Translations under genes and position numbers: made by a program
Shown: piece after piece, positions 19,457-29,331 of the stretch
Position numbering within the stretch: the first letter of the stretch is position 1
Layout: the number at the start of each line of letters is the position of its first letter
Source: Nannocystis bainbridge
GTDB taxonomy: Bacteria > Myxococcota_A > Polyangia > Nannocystales > Nannocystaceae
Assembly (NCBI RefSeq): GCF_028368995.1
Contig: NZ_JAQNDL010000003.1
Coordinates: 192,001 to 256,000, forward strand
Length of the DNA stretch: 64,000 bases
Direction of reading: 5' to 3'
Notes under the pieces: model-generated
Database searches by the model: none
What the model saw: the letters and a program-made list of their open reading frames with translations, nothing else
What the model was told of the DNA's origin: nothing

Positions 19457-19888
19457 TCAGTGACGCGCGGCGATCGCCACGCGGTTGAGCGCGTTCATCA
19501 GCGCGATCGCCATGGTCAATTCGGAGATCTCCCGCTCGCTGAAGTGCTCCGCGAGCGCGGCGTAACTCGCGTCGGGCGCGTGGGTGCGAGCGATGTCCGT
19601 CACCGCCTCGACCCACTCGAGGGCGGCGCGCTCGCGCGGCGTATAAGCGGTACTCACCCGCCAGCCGGCCAGGGCGTCGATGCGCCGGGTCGTCTCGCCG
19701 CCGTCGCGCAGCGACTTCGCGTGCATCTCGAGGCAATACGCGCAGCCGTGGATCTGCGACACGCGCAGGTACACGAGGTCGATGAGCGGCCGGCCGAGTG
19801 GACCGCGGAGCAGCGCGGCGTGGGACGCGTAGAAGCCCTGGATCACCTCGGGCGAGAGGGCGGCGTAATCGTAGCGGGGCATCGTCAT
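19457..19888 (-). CDS. Carboxymuconolactone decarboxylase/AhpD family protein
   Basis: LVYLRVSQIHGCAYCLEMH, RERAALEW and MNALNR; GGAGG RBS. Confidence 0.92.
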   Translation of the reverse strand: MTMPRYDYAALSPEVIQGFYASHAALLRGPLGRPLIDLVYLRVSQIHGCAYCLEMHAKSLRDGGETTRRIDALAGWRVSTAYTPRERAALEWVEAVTDIARTHAPDASYAALAEHFSEREISELTMAIALMNALNRVAIAARH

Positions 19889-20502
19889 TCCTCCGGTAGT
19901 TGCAGATCCAGCCAGGCGCGCGCGCGTCGTTCCGCGGCCTGCACCGCCTCCGGACCGCGCACGAGGCTCTCGAGGATGTGAAAACGGACGTCGCAGATCC
20001 CCACCACCGACAGCACGTGTTGCAGGTAGGGCGTGACGAAGTCGGGCTGGCGGGGCCCATCGCCGGACACGGCGCCGCCGGCACTCACGACCACGTAGGT
20101 CGGTCGGTCCGCCAGCAGACCCTCCTTGCCGCGGGGCGTCAGCGCGAAGCTGCGTCGCGCCCGCACGACATGGTCGATCCACGCCTTCAGCGTCGACGGC
20201 ACCGTGAAGTTGTGCATCGGCGTGGCGATCACCAGGCGGTCGGTGGCCTCGAGCTCGGCGATCATCGCCTCCGAGCGCGTCAGCGCCTGGCGGTCCGCGG
20301 CGGTGTGGTGCGCCTCCGGCGTCGCCATCGCCGCGGCGTAGGCGGCGTCGATGTGTGGCGGCGGCTCGACGCCGACGCGCCGCACGATCAGGTCCGCGTC
20401 GAGCGAGCGCCGCAGCAGGCGCTCGACCACCATGCGGCCCACCTGCTCGCTGTGAGACGCCGCGCCGCGCGGGCTGGCGTAGATGGCGAGGATCGAGGGC
20501 AT
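19885..20502 (-). CDS. azoR: FMN-dependent NADH-azoreductase
   Basis: ILAIYASPRG...S, ATPMHNFTVPSTLKAWIDHVVRA, GLL and PYL motifs. Confidence 0.88.
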   Translation of the reverse strand: MPSILAIYASPRGAASHSEQVGRMVVERLLRRSLDADLIVRRVGVEPPPHIDAAYAAAMATPEAHHTAADRQALTRSEAMIAELEATDRLVIATPMHNFTVPSTLKAWIDHVVRARRSFALTPRGKEGLLADRPTYVVVSAGGAVSGDGPRQPDFVTPYLQHVLSVVGICDVRFHILESLVRGPEAVQAAERRARAWLDLQLPEE

Positions 20503-20503
20503 G

Positions 20504-20950
20504 TCAGTCCAGGCTCCGGCCGAAATGCATACCGACCGCCAGCAGGCCCTGGCGGAAGTAGAAGCGCTGCGCCAGCGCATTGGCCATCCCGGTGTCGAGC
20601 ACCAGGCGGGCGCAGCCGAGCCGGCGCGCCTCCGCGGCGACCGCGGTGAGCAGCCGCTCGCCGAGCTGCTCGCGGCGGGCATCCTCTCGCACCACCAGGT
20701 CGTCGACGTACACGAAGCGGCCGTAGATCAGGTTCTCCTGCTCGCGGTAGCCGGCGAGCCCGAGCGGCTCCCCGCCGCGCCAGGCGGCCAGGAGGCGGTA
20801 GCCCTGCGCATGCTGGCGACGGACCCGCGTCCGCAGCTCCTCGGCGTCCCGGAGGTCCGGCCGCAGGCTCGCCATCGTCGCATAGCAGGCGCGGAGCTCG
20901 TCGTCGTGCTCCGCGTGGCGCAGCAAAATCTCGTCGGTTGCGATCGTCAC
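20504..20950 (-). CDS. GNAT family N-acetyltransferase
   Basis: VYVDDLVV...R...LGERLL and LDTGMANALAQRFY; GTG start at 20950. Confidence 0.88.
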   Translation of the reverse strand: MTIATDEILLRHAEHDDELRACYATMASLRPDLRDAEELRTRVRRQHAQGYRLLAAWRGGEPLGLAGYREQENLIYGRFVYVDDLVVREDARREQLGERLLTAVAAEARRLGCARLVLDTGMANALAQRFYFRQGLLAVGMHFGRSLD

Positions 20951-20965
20951 CCCGCGAGTATGTGA

Positions 20966-20990
20966 GGACCATGTCCTGGCCAGAAGGTCC
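20966..20990. promoter_or_regulatory. Possible MocR/GabR operator
   Basis: GGACC-N15-GGTCC inverted repeat in the 64-bp gap between the divergent GNAT and MocR genes. Confidence 0.4.
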
Positions 20991-21014
20991 AAGATCTGCA
21001 AAAATCACTGGGAC

Positions 21015-22451
21015 ATGTCCGCCACGGCGTTTCCGCTGACGCTCGACCCCTCGGAGGACACCCCCTATTACCGACAGATCTACGCGCGCGTCCGCGACGC
21101 GGTCGCCGCCGGCCGGCTGCGACCCGGCGATCGGGTGCCCTCGATCCGCGGCCTCGCGAGCGACCTGGGGCTCGCGCGGGGCACCGTCGAGGCCGCCTAT
21201 GACCTGCTGATCGGCGAGGGCTATCTGCTGCCGCAGGGCCAGGCGGGCACCCGGGTGGCCGCGATCGGCCCGCACGCGGCCCGGCTCGGCCGCCCCCGCC
21301 CGGCCGGTCCGGCCGCCGCGCTGCCGGACCGGCGATCGGTGCGTCCCTTCCAGCTCGGCCTGCCGGCGCTCGACGCCTTCCCGCACGCGCTGTGGTCGCG
21401 CCTGACGGGCAGGCGGCTGCGCGACGCGACCCGGCTCGACGACGGCTACCCCGCGCCCGCCGGAGACCCGCGGCTCCGCGAGGCCATCGCGGCCCACCTG
21501 GCGCTCTCCCGCGGCCTCCGCTGCGCCCCGGCGCAGGTGTTCGTCACGGCGGGCTACCGCCACACCCTCGATCTGGTGGCGCGCACCCTGCTGCGCCTGG
21601 ACGACGCCGTGTGGGTCGAAGATCCCGGGTACCCGCCGACGCGCCTGCTCGTCGAGGCTCACGGCGCGCGCGCGGTGCCGGTGCCGGTCGACGCAGAGGG
21701 CCTGCGCGTCGCGGAGGGCCGCCGCTGCGCCGCGCGGGCCAGGCTCGCGGTCGTCACCCCGTCGCATCAAGCCCCGCTGGGGGTCGCCCTCGCCTTGCCG
21801 CGCCGCCTGGAGCTGCTCGCCTGGGCCGCCGGGGCCGGGGCCCGGGTGCTCGAGGATGACTACGACGGCGAATACCGCTACGAGGGCCGGCCGCTGCCGG
21901 CCCTCGCCAGCCTCGACCGCGAGGGCGTGGTCTACTACGCCGGCACTTTCAGCAAGGTGCTGCTGCCCGCGCTGCGCCTCGCCTACGTCGTCGTCCCCGA
22001 GCGGGACGTGCCCCGCTTCGAGGCGACCTGCGCCGCCTTCCACGGCGGGTGCCCGCAGTTGGTCCAGGCGGTCGTCGCGGACTTCATGCGCGAGGGTCAC
22101 TTCGCCCGCCACGTGAAGAAGATGCGCGGCCTCTACGCGCGGCGCCGGGCGGCGGTGGTCGATGCCCTGCGCGCGGTGTTCGGCGCGCGCCTCCGCGTCG
22201 AGCTGCAAGCGGGCGGCATGCACCTGCTCGTGCGCCTGCCGGGCCGCGCCGACGACCGCGAGCTCGCCCGCGCCGCCGACCGAGCAGGCCTGGCGCTGCA
22301 AGCCATGAGCGACTGGCAGCACGAACAGCCAGTCGAGCCGGGGCTGCTGCTCGGCTTCACCAACGTCGCCAGCCCAGCCGCGGCGCGCACCCTCGCTGAG
22401 GAGCTGCGGGCAGCCTGGCGCCCGGCGCCGCCGCGCCGTCGCGCGGGATGA
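21015..22451 (+). CDS. MocR/GabR family regulator (GntR HTH + PLP aminotransferase domain)
   Basis: YRQIY...LRPGDRVPSIRGLA...RGTVEAAY, VEDPGY, VTPSHQ, EDDYDGE and GTFSK. Confidence 0.95.
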   Translation: MSATAFPLTLDPSEDTPYYRQIYARVRDAVAAGRLRPGDRVPSIRGLASDLGLARGTVEAAYDLLIGEGYLLPQGQAGTRVAAIGPHAARLGRPRPAGPAAALPDRRSVRPFQLGLPALDAFPHALWSRLTGRRLRDATRLDDGYPAPAGDPRLREAIAAHLALSRGLRCAPAQVFVTAGYRHTLDLVARTLLRLDDAVWVEDPGYPPTRLLVEAHGARAVPVPVDAEGLRVAEGRRCAARARLAVVTPSHQAPLGVALALPRRLELLAWAAGAGARVLEDDYDGEYRYEGRPLPALASLDREGVVYYAGTFSKVLLPALRLAYVVVPERDVPRFEATCAAFHGGCPQLVQAVVADFMREGHFARHVKKMRGLYARRRAAVVDALRAVFGARLRVELQAGGMHLLVRLPGRADDRELARAADRAGLALQAMSDWQHEQPVEPGLLLGFTNVASPAAARTLAEELRAAWRPAPPRRRAG

Positions 22452-22654
22452 GCGGCGCTGGAGCGTCTCCACCACCGGGCAAGCCTGCTCGACAGGCGCG
22501 GGTCGGAGCGCGAACCAGACCGGGAACGCGAGCAAGCGAGGGCGACCGCCAGGGACTGGCCGCGGGCGCCGAGCGCGAGGGCGGTCGCCGGGGCGTCGGC
22601 GTCCCGGCGGTGCCGGTTTGTACCCCCGTGGACGAACGCAGTAGAGTCCCGCAC

Positions 22655-23485
22655 GTGACCAGGCTCCTGAGCGCGCTCATCCTCGTCGTGGCTTGCAGCG
22701 GCGGTCCATCGCGGCCGCTCGCCGAGGAGATCCTCGGCGAGTGGGAGGTGCTGTGCCGCACTGACAAGGAGTCGACGGCGACCTGCCTCGGCAAGGAGAA
22801 CCGCGGCATGTACAAGACCTTTCTCCCGGCCGGCAAACTGGTGAGCGGCGCGCGCACGGGGATCTCGATGGACGGCACGTGGACGCTGACCGGCGACGAG
22901 CTCGTGCTGGCCTTCGAGGGCGGCGGGATGCGCATCCAGGAGAGCTACCGGGCGCGGATCGAGGACGGCAGGCTGGTGCTGTGGTTCCCGACGCGGGAGT
23001 TCGGGTCCGTGCTCGGTCGAGTCGGGGCGGCGTTCGAGCCCGGCGCGAGCAAACAATCCGCCGGCGGGCCGACGTCGCACGCGATCGGCGGGGTGGCCTA
23101 CACGCTCGCCCTCCCCCCCGACTACCGGCTCGCGCGTGACGACAACAACCGCCAGGAGTGGTCGCCGTCGGCGAACACCGGGTTCATCGTCAAGCTCTCG
23201 ATCTCGGCGCGCTCGCAGACGCAGGTCGACGGCAAGTGGGTGACGCCACCCTGCAATGATTACGATGATGGGGGAGTCTCGGGGTCGGGCAACGTGATCG
23301 ACGGGGTCGAGCGCGACACCTCGATCGGCACCACGGTGTGCCTCGACGGCCGTGACCAGGCGCTCATGTGCTCGGCCGAGCACACGCGCGGGTACCTCGA
23401 GAAGGCCGAGCTGGACGCCGCGCTCGCGCTCTGCAGATCGCTCGTGGTCGAGGGCGGACTCGACGCCCGTCGCGCGCCCAGGTGA
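22655..23485 (+). CDS. Lipoprotein with lipocalin-like N-terminal domain
   Basis: Lipobox VVAC; ILGEW...GTWTLTGDELVL; strong GC3 bias. Confidence 0.7.
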   Translation: MTRLLSALILVVACSGGPSRPLAEEILGEWEVLCRTDKESTATCLGKENRGMYKTFLPAGKLVSGARTGISMDGTWTLTGDELVLAFEGGGMRIQESYRARIEDGRLVLWFPTREFGSVLGRVGAAFEPGASKQSAGGPTSHAIGGVAYTLALPPDYRLARDDNNRQEWSPSANTGFIVKLSISARSQTQVDGKWVTPPCNDYDDGGVSGSGNVIDGVERDTSIGTTVCLDGRDQALMCSAEHTRGYLEKAELDAALALCRSLVVEGGLDARRAPR

Positions 23486-23787
23486 GCGGACAGCTGCACG
23501 CGGGAGTCCGGTCGATGCGCTCCGCGCGGGCGCGCTCGCGGGCCCGGCCGTCGGGGAGCGCCTGGACGGCGTCATGGGCGAAGGGCGGCCGCAACAAGCT
23601 GCTCCTCGCCCTGCACGACCAGAGCGAACACGGGCTCGTCGTTGCTCCGAGATTGGTCGGATCGTGCAATCCGTCGGAACGATTCGTTCCGCGGCTGGCG
23701 ACCACGAGCTGCATCGAGCGACTCTGTCGCGTCGGCGGCGATCCGATCGGTGATCTCGGGTCGAATTGTGCTGTTTGGGCCGCGTGC

Positions 23788-24054
23788 TCAGTCGTCGCCC
23801 CATACGATTTTCATGCGCTCGAGGTCCAGGTGGGCGTCGTCGCCGGCGAAGTTTCCGCCGACGTCTCGCTCGTCGATGTGCAGGTAGCGCGGGCGCACGC
23901 GTGTCTCGTATGAATTCGTCGTGCCGCCGAAGTGGTTGCGAGCCAAGGCCGCGAGCTGCTCTCGGGCCAGCTCTTTGTAGCCGCGGCTGTTGGTCGGTTT
24001 GCCGACGTTGGGGTCCTCGAAGCGTGCGCGCAGCTCGATGAATCGGTGGTCCTT
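23788..24054 (-). pseudogene. Orphan 3' gene fragment (unknown protein)
   Basis: About 88 protein-like codons (KDHRFIELRARFEDPNVGK...KIVWGDD*) with no credible start of their own; overlapped out of frame by the lipoprotein ORF. Confidence 0.35.
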
Positions 24055-24461
24055 GCCCGCGGGTCCGCGCGCCCCGGGTACGGGCAGAGTTCGACCGGAA
24101 TCGTATTTTCGACGCACTTCCAGAGGCCGTCGACACAGCCCGGATTCAGGACACCGTTGGCGCAGAAACCCGGCTCGTCGTCGACCTCGATGCACGCAGC
24201 ACATCGAAGCGGCACCTCGGGGCCGGGGTGCGCATCGGCCTCGCAGTGGAGGGGTGACGTGGTCTCGCTGGGGCTGCCGCTGCCGGTCGGACTCTCAGTG
24301 GTCGTTCCGTTCCCGGTCGTGCTCGTTCCGGCGCCCGACGAGTCGGTCTCGGTCGTGCTCGGCCTGGCGCCCGACGAGTCGGTCTCGGTCGTGCTCGTGC
24401 CGCCGGACGGGCCCGCGCAGGCGACGAGAAGGATCAGAATGAGCGGTCGCAGATTCCCCAC
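23811..24461 (-). CDS. Small Cys-rich lipoprotein (3' end possibly rearranged)
   Basis: Lipobox LVAC; 36-nt duplicated STTETDSSGA linker; Cys-rich domain; the tail loses coding character after ELCPYP. Confidence 0.55.
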   Translation of the reverse strand: MGNLRPLILILLVACAGPSGGTSTTETDSSGARPSTTETDSSGAGTSTTGNGTTTESPTGSGSPSETTSPLHCEADAHPGPEVPLRCAACIEVDDEPGFCANGVLNPGCVDGLWKCVENTIPVELCPYPGRADPRARTTDSSSCAHASRTPTSANRPTAAATKSWPESSSRPWLATTSAARRIHTRHACARATCTSTSETSAETSPATTPTWTSSA

Positions 24462-24537
24462 GGCTCAATCTACGCCTTGCGGCGTCCCGCGACAGCTCGA
24501 TGCAGCCCACTGGCCGCGCGCGGAGACTCCGCTCGCG

Positions 24538-25032
24538 TCAGGACTCTGCCCGGGTGAAATCCATGATCCAGTTGGTCTCCCAGGTCATGCCGCCGTCGTA
24601 GGAGAAGGCCTGGGTCCAGCGTGCGCTGTGCGGCGTGATGTCGGACCAGATGAAGCGGGCGAGGATCGGCTGGTCGCCATCCATGTCGGGGCCCACGAAC
24701 ACGCCGACGCCCCCGTCGAAGCCGCCGCGCACGGGCGGCTGGAGCTGGCCGTCGAGGCTGTTGAGCCACCAGATCGACCACTGGCCCGTCTGCAGATCCA
24801 GCGCCCGCAGGGCCATGCCGGTCCAGCCGCGCGCGGGACAAACGACTTCCTCGACGTTGGCGGCGCCGCCCAGACGCGGTTCGCAGGTCGAGGCGGAGGG
24901 GAAGGCGTCCCAGTCCGCGGCGCCGGCGTTGCGGGTCTTCAGCCGCCGGTTGGCGATGGTCCAGCGACCGTGGATGAAGTGGAAGGCGTGGGCGGCCGGC
25001 GAGGCAGAGGGAGCGAGGGCGGCGGTGGTCAT
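24538..25032 (-). CDS. DUF1579-like conserved protein
   Basis: FHFIHGRWTIANRRLK...W..F, WSIWW, PVRGGF, RFIWSDIT...RWTQAFS.DGG.TWETNWIMDFTR; this type is typically paired with WYL regulators. Confidence 0.82.
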   Translation of the reverse strand: MTTAALAPSASPAAHAFHFIHGRWTIANRRLKTRNAGAADWDAFPSASTCEPRLGGAANVEEVVCPARGWTGMALRALDLQTGQWSIWWLNSLDGQLQPPVRGGFDGGVGVFVGPDMDGDQPILARFIWSDITPHSARWTQAFSYDGGMTWETNWIMDFTRAES

Positions 25033-25084
25033 GACAGGTTCCTCCATGGGCTTGGTGCCCGTTCAGGAGGCATAAGCCCCATAA

Positions 25085-25103
25085 CCTGTCATCCCGTGTC
25101 AGG
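25085..25103. promoter_or_regulatory. Probable WYL/YafY-type operator
   Basis: CCTGTCA-N5-TGTCAGG inverted repeat (one mismatch) between the divergent genes. Confidence 0.6.
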
Positions 25104-25125
25104 ATTTATCGGCTAGCCTCGAACA

Positions 25126-26091
25126 ATGCGCGCCAGCCGGCTGCTTTCCATCCTGCTCCTGCTCCAGACCCGGGGGCGGATGACGGCCGAGGCGCTGGCC
25201 GCCGAGTTCGAGGTGTCGGTGCGCACGATCTATCGCGACATCGACCAACTCAGCGCCGCCGGGGTGCCGGTCCATGCGGATCGCGGGCGGGCTGGGGGGT
25301 TCCAGCTGCTGGACGGCTATCGCACGCGGCTGACCGGCCTGACGGACGGCGAGGCCGAGACGCTGTTTCTGGGCGGGCTGGCCGGGCCGGCGGCGCAGAT
25401 GGGCTTCGCCGAATCGCTGACGACCATGCAGCTGAAGCTGCTGGCCGCCTTGCCGCCCGAGCGCCAGGCGGCGGCGGAGCGGCTGGCAGGACGGTTCCAC
25501 CTCGATCCCGTCGGCTGGTATCAGCATACCGATGGCGCCGAACGCCTGCCCGCCATCGCCCAGGCCATCTGGAACGAGCGCCGGATCGCCGTCGCTTATG
25601 AGAGCTGGAAGGGGCCGGTCGAGCGCGAGCTCGAGCCGCTGGGCCTGATCCTGAAGGGCGGCGCGTGGTATCTGGCGGCCCGGCCGCGCGCGGCCAATGG
25701 CGTACGCACCTATCGAGTGGCGAACATCCGCGAACTGGCGGTCCATGACGAGCGGTTCGAGCGGCCGGCCGATTTCGATCTGGCCGCCTGGTGGGCCGAG
25801 ACGTCGCAGCGGTTCGAGCGCGACCTGTTCACCGGGGAAGCGCGGCTGCGCCTGACCCACGAGGGGTTGAAGCGGCTGTCCAGCCTCGGCGCGGAGCAGG
25901 CTCGTATCGCCTCCGGCGTGGCCTGCGTCGCCGACGGCCATGCCGAGGTCACCGTGCCGATCGAGTCGATCGCTCACGCAGCCCGCGACCTGCTGCGCCT
26001 CGGCGCCGAGGCCGAGGTCCTGGACCCGCCGGAACTCCGTCGCGCCCTGGCCGACACTGCCGCACGCATGGCGACGCTGTATCGCGCCTGA
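25126..26091 (+). CDS. YafY-family HTH-WYL-WCX transcriptional regulator
   Basis: MRASRLLSILLLLQ...EVSVRTIYRDI...GGF HTH; LEPLGL...AWYL...RTYRVANI WYL; AEVLDPPELR WCX. Confidence 0.95.
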   Translation: MRASRLLSILLLLQTRGRMTAEALAAEFEVSVRTIYRDIDQLSAAGVPVHADRGRAGGFQLLDGYRTRLTGLTDGEAETLFLGGLAGPAAQMGFAESLTTMQLKLLAALPPERQAAAERLAGRFHLDPVGWYQHTDGAERLPAIAQAIWNERRIAVAYESWKGPVERELEPLGLILKGGAWYLAARPRAANGVRTYRVANIRELAVHDERFERPADFDLAAWWAETSQRFERDLFTGEARLRLTHEGLKRLSSLGAEQARIASGVACVADGHAEVTVPIESIAHAARDLLRLGAEAEVLDPPELRRALADTAARMATLYRA

Positions 26092-26249
26092 CGATCGGGC
26101 GGGTCTGAGCAACTCCATGACCCGAGCGAGTGCGACGCCGCGTCGGCCGATCGCCCGGGAAAAACAGGAGCGCGGCGGGCGCGAGGGCGAGCGGCACGAG
26201 GCCGAAAAATTCTTCGACGGGAATCGGCGCTGCTGGAGATGCGACCGTC

Positions 26250-26554
26250 ATGCACACGCGCCCTCCATCACGTCTTTCGTCCTCGCCCCCGAAATTGCGG
26301 CGTGGGACGACGTGGACGACGACGACACCGCCTCCGGCACCACGGCCGCGGCCTCGCCAGTGACGACGAGCCCGACCGGTCCGAACGGCGACACCGACGA
26401 CCCGCCCGTCGCTGGCAAGCAGCGACGACGGCGATCTCCACGAATCCCGCGACGAGCGATAGCCCCTCCTATCGACGACGGCGACACGACCCACCTGGCA
26501 ACCGGCGACGACGACGCTGACGGTGATACGACCGGCAGCGACGGGTCGCCCTGA
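26250..26554 (+). pseudogene. Degraded lipoprotein gene remnant
   Basis: GGAG then ATG MHTR, shifting frame into SITSFVLA..IAAWDDVDDDDTASGTT..., which looks like a decayed 'AACDD' Thr-rich lipoprotein start. Confidence 0.35.
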
Positions 26555-26570
26555 TTCGGAGTTCATTCCA

Positions 26571-27944
26571 ATGCGATCCCTTCGCGCCCTCTATTGCTTC
26601 GCCATCCTTTTACCCGCGTGCCCTGGTCCGACCTCGGCCACCTCGGCCAGCGCTTCCGGCGACGGCTCGACCACCGATGCGACCGGCGATCCGACCGCCG
26701 GTTCGACCAGCGATGACCCCACCGGCGGGGATACCGAGCAGTCCGTCGATCCGGTCGACCTCGCCTGCGACCTCATGCGCGAGGCGTGCGAGCGGCAGGT
26801 CGCGTGCGGACACGCGATCGTCAACAACAACCCCGGCAGCGTCGATGACTGCCTCGCGGAGCAGCGGTGCGAGACTGTCGGCGAGCTGCTCGACTTGCCG
26901 AACATCGAGCTCGACCCCGACGCCGTGGAGGCGTGCATCGCGGCGCTCGCGGCCGCGAGCTGCGGCGAACTCGTCACGCACGGGCTGGGGAGCGATCCGA
27001 GCTGCTCGCGGTACCTCGCCGGCACGCTCGGCGAGGGCGAGGCCTGCCACGGCGGTACCGTCTCCGACTGCGCGCCGGGCCTGTCCTGCGTGTTCGAGGG
27101 CGACGCTTGCCCGGGCACCTGCGTGGCCCCGCCCGCGCCTTGCAGCGAGGGATCGTGCGGCGCCGACGCGTTCTGCGCCGTGGACGGCACGTGCCAGCCT
27201 CGGGCCGCGCTCGGCGAGGCGTGCGACGAGACGAAGATCGACTTCGACAACCTGAGCGAACGGGCTTGCGCGGCCGGGAGTCATTGCGAGGAGTCCGTCT
27301 GCGTTGCCGACCTCGGCGCCGGCGCGCAGTGCGGCGGACTGGACGTGCACGCTTGCGGCGACGGGGCGTGCGTGTGCGCCGATCTCGCGAATTGCGACGA
27401 GCCGGCCGATTTCACCTGCAGGCCCGCGCTCGGGGCGACGGGCGAGCCGTGCTCGACCGCCTTCGATTGCGTCGAGGGCCTCTATTGCGACTTCTACGGC
27501 GGGAACCGCTGCGCCCCGCGCGGGGAGCGAGGCGAGGCGTGCAACGAATCGTTCGGCGCCTGCCTCCATTCGCTCGTGTGCGTCGACGGGACATGCGCCG
27601 ACGAACAGGCGAGCGTCACCGAGGTGCCCTTGCTCGCGGAGCACGAGAGCTGCATCGGCGGCGGCTCCTGCCCACTCGGCACGGCGTGCACTTGCGACGA
27701 CGCGGACTGCGTCGACAAGCACTGCCTGCCGGCGCCCGGCCTCGGGGAGAGCTGCGCTGCGCAGGACCTCGACGGTTTCGCCTGCTCCGAGGGCCTGTGC
27801 GACATCCTCGCTAGCCACACCTGCGTGCGCCCGGGCGCCGCGGGGGAGGCCTGCCCCGTGGACGGCTTGACCTTCGCCTGCGCCTCGCTCGTCTGCGTCG
27901 AGGGCCATTGCGCATCCATGGCGCAGACGCTCTGCCAGGAGTGA
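26571..27944 (+). CDS. Cys-rich lipoprotein with Dickkopf-like 'GE.C...C..GL.C' repeats
   Basis: Lipobox LPAC; Thr linker; many LGEAC/GEPC...CVEGLYC modules. Confidence 0.85.
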   Translation: MRSLRALYCFAILLPACPGPTSATSASASGDGSTTDATGDPTAGSTSDDPTGGDTEQSVDPVDLACDLMREACERQVACGHAIVNNNPGSVDDCLAEQRCETVGELLDLPNIELDPDAVEACIAALAAASCGELVTHGLGSDPSCSRYLAGTLGEGEACHGGTVSDCAPGLSCVFEGDACPGTCVAPPAPCSEGSCGADAFCAVDGTCQPRAALGEACDETKIDFDNLSERACAAGSHCEESVCVADLGAGAQCGGLDVHACGDGACVCADLANCDEPADFTCRPALGATGEPCSTAFDCVEGLYCDFYGGNRCAPRGERGEACNESFGACLHSLVCVDGTCADEQASVTEVPLLAEHESCIGGGSCPLGTACTCDDADCVDKHCLPAPGLGESCAAQDLDGFACSEGLCDILASHTCVRPGAAGEACPVDGLTFACASLVCVEGHCASMAQTLCQE

Positions 27945-28107
27945 CGATCGTTCGGGCTCGCCAAGTCGAGGAGCAGTCGTCGGCGTCCGAGAGCGAATCG
28001 TCCACGCCGACCATTGCCCTCGACATCGAGCAAACCAAGCTCCGCGTTCTCCGCCCTGCAGGCGATCGACGCCCGCCTCGCGTCCTCGCGGTGCTACGCT
28101 CGGCGCC

Positions 28108-29322
28108 ATGCTGTTCGAGCCGGAGCGCCACGAGCCACTGACCACGACGGCCTGGGACCCCGAGCGGGCCCGTGCCGCCGTGCGCACGATCGTCGCCGAC
28201 CTCGCCGCCAACTTCGATCCCGCCGCCTTTTGGCCCGAGCACCCGCTCGACGTCGACGGCCCCTCTCCTGCCGGTGGTTGTTATAAATCACTCTACCTCG
28301 GCGCCGCCGGCGTGCTGTGGGCTCTGTGGTGCCTCGCACGCGAGGGCGCGGCCGACCTGCCGTTCGCCCCCGAGGATCACATCGCTCGCGTCCACGCCGC
28401 TTATCTCGCCGCGCCCGACGTCGGCGAGGTCGTGCCCTCCTATTATCTCGGCGAGGTCGGCATCCTGCTCGTCCAGTGGAAGCTGACGCGCGAGCCCGCC
28501 GCCGCCGAGCGGCTCCACGCTGCCATCACCGCCAACATCCCCAACCCCACCCACGAGGCGCTGTGGGCCGCGCCGGGCACCATGCTCGGCGCCTGGCACA
28601 TGTTCCAGTGGACAGGTGAGCCGCGCTGGCGCGAGCTGTTCCTCGCCAACGTCGAGCAGCTATGGCGGACCTGGACCCCGAGCGACGACGCCACGCATCA
28701 CCTGTGGACGCAGGACATGTACGGCCACGTCTACCGCTTCATCGGCGCCGGCCACGGCTTCGCCGGCAACGTCTACCCGCTGCTGCGCGCCCGCGAGTGG
28801 CTCGCGCCCGAGCGACGCGAGCAGCTCTACGCGCGCTGCGTCGAGGCCCTGCGCCACACTGCGAGGATCGAAGGCGACGCCGCCAACTGGCCGCCGGAGT
28901 TCGGCCCGCCGCGACCTGGGCCCGAGAAGCTGCTCCTCCAGTGGTGTCATGGCGCCCCGGGCATCATCACCGCGGTGAACGAATTCCCCGCCGGCCAGTC
29001 CGCCGAGATGGACGCGCTGCTGCTCGCCGCCGGTCAGGCCACCTGGAACGCCGGCCCGCTGCGCAAGGGCGCCGGCCTGTGTCACGGCACCGCGGGCAAC
29101 GGCTACGCCTTCCTCAAGCTGCATCGGCGCACCGGCGATGCGCAGTGGCTCGCGCGCGCCCGGGCGTTCGCTATGCACGCGATCGGCCAGAGCGAGCGCA
29201 TGCGTCAGGACCACGGCCGCGGCCGCTACACCCTGTGGACCGGCGATCCAGGGGTCGCCCTTTACGTGTGGCATTGCCTTCACGAGCGCCACGACCTGCC
29301 GAGCCTCGACAGCTTCGATTGA
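28108..29322 (+). CDS. LanC-like (LanCL) protein
   Basis: LYLGAAG, GAGHGFAG, QWCHGAPG, GLCHGTAG (Zn ligands) and LWTGDPG. Confidence 0.92.
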   Translation: MLFEPERHEPLTTTAWDPERARAAVRTIVADLAANFDPAAFWPEHPLDVDGPSPAGGCYKSLYLGAAGVLWALWCLAREGAADLPFAPEDHIARVHAAYLAAPDVGEVVPSYYLGEVGILLVQWKLTREPAAAERLHAAITANIPNPTHEALWAAPGTMLGAWHMFQWTGEPRWRELFLANVEQLWRTWTPSDDATHHLWTQDMYGHVYRFIGAGHGFAGNVYPLLRAREWLAPERREQLYARCVEALRHTARIEGDAANWPPEFGPPRPGPEKLLLQWCHGAPGIITAVNEFPAGQSAEMDALLLAAGQATWNAGPLRKGAGLCHGTAGNGYAFLKLHRRTGDAQWLARARAFAMHAIGQSERMRQDHGRGRYTLWTGDPGVALYVWHCLHERHDLPSLDSFD

Positions 29323-29331
29323 CGCGCTCCC

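Noticed and set aside
26571-29322. Cys-rich protein plus LanC as a lanthipeptide cluster
   Set aside because: The upstream protein is a large exported disulfide-type lipoprotein, not a precursor, and no dehydratase or exporter is present.
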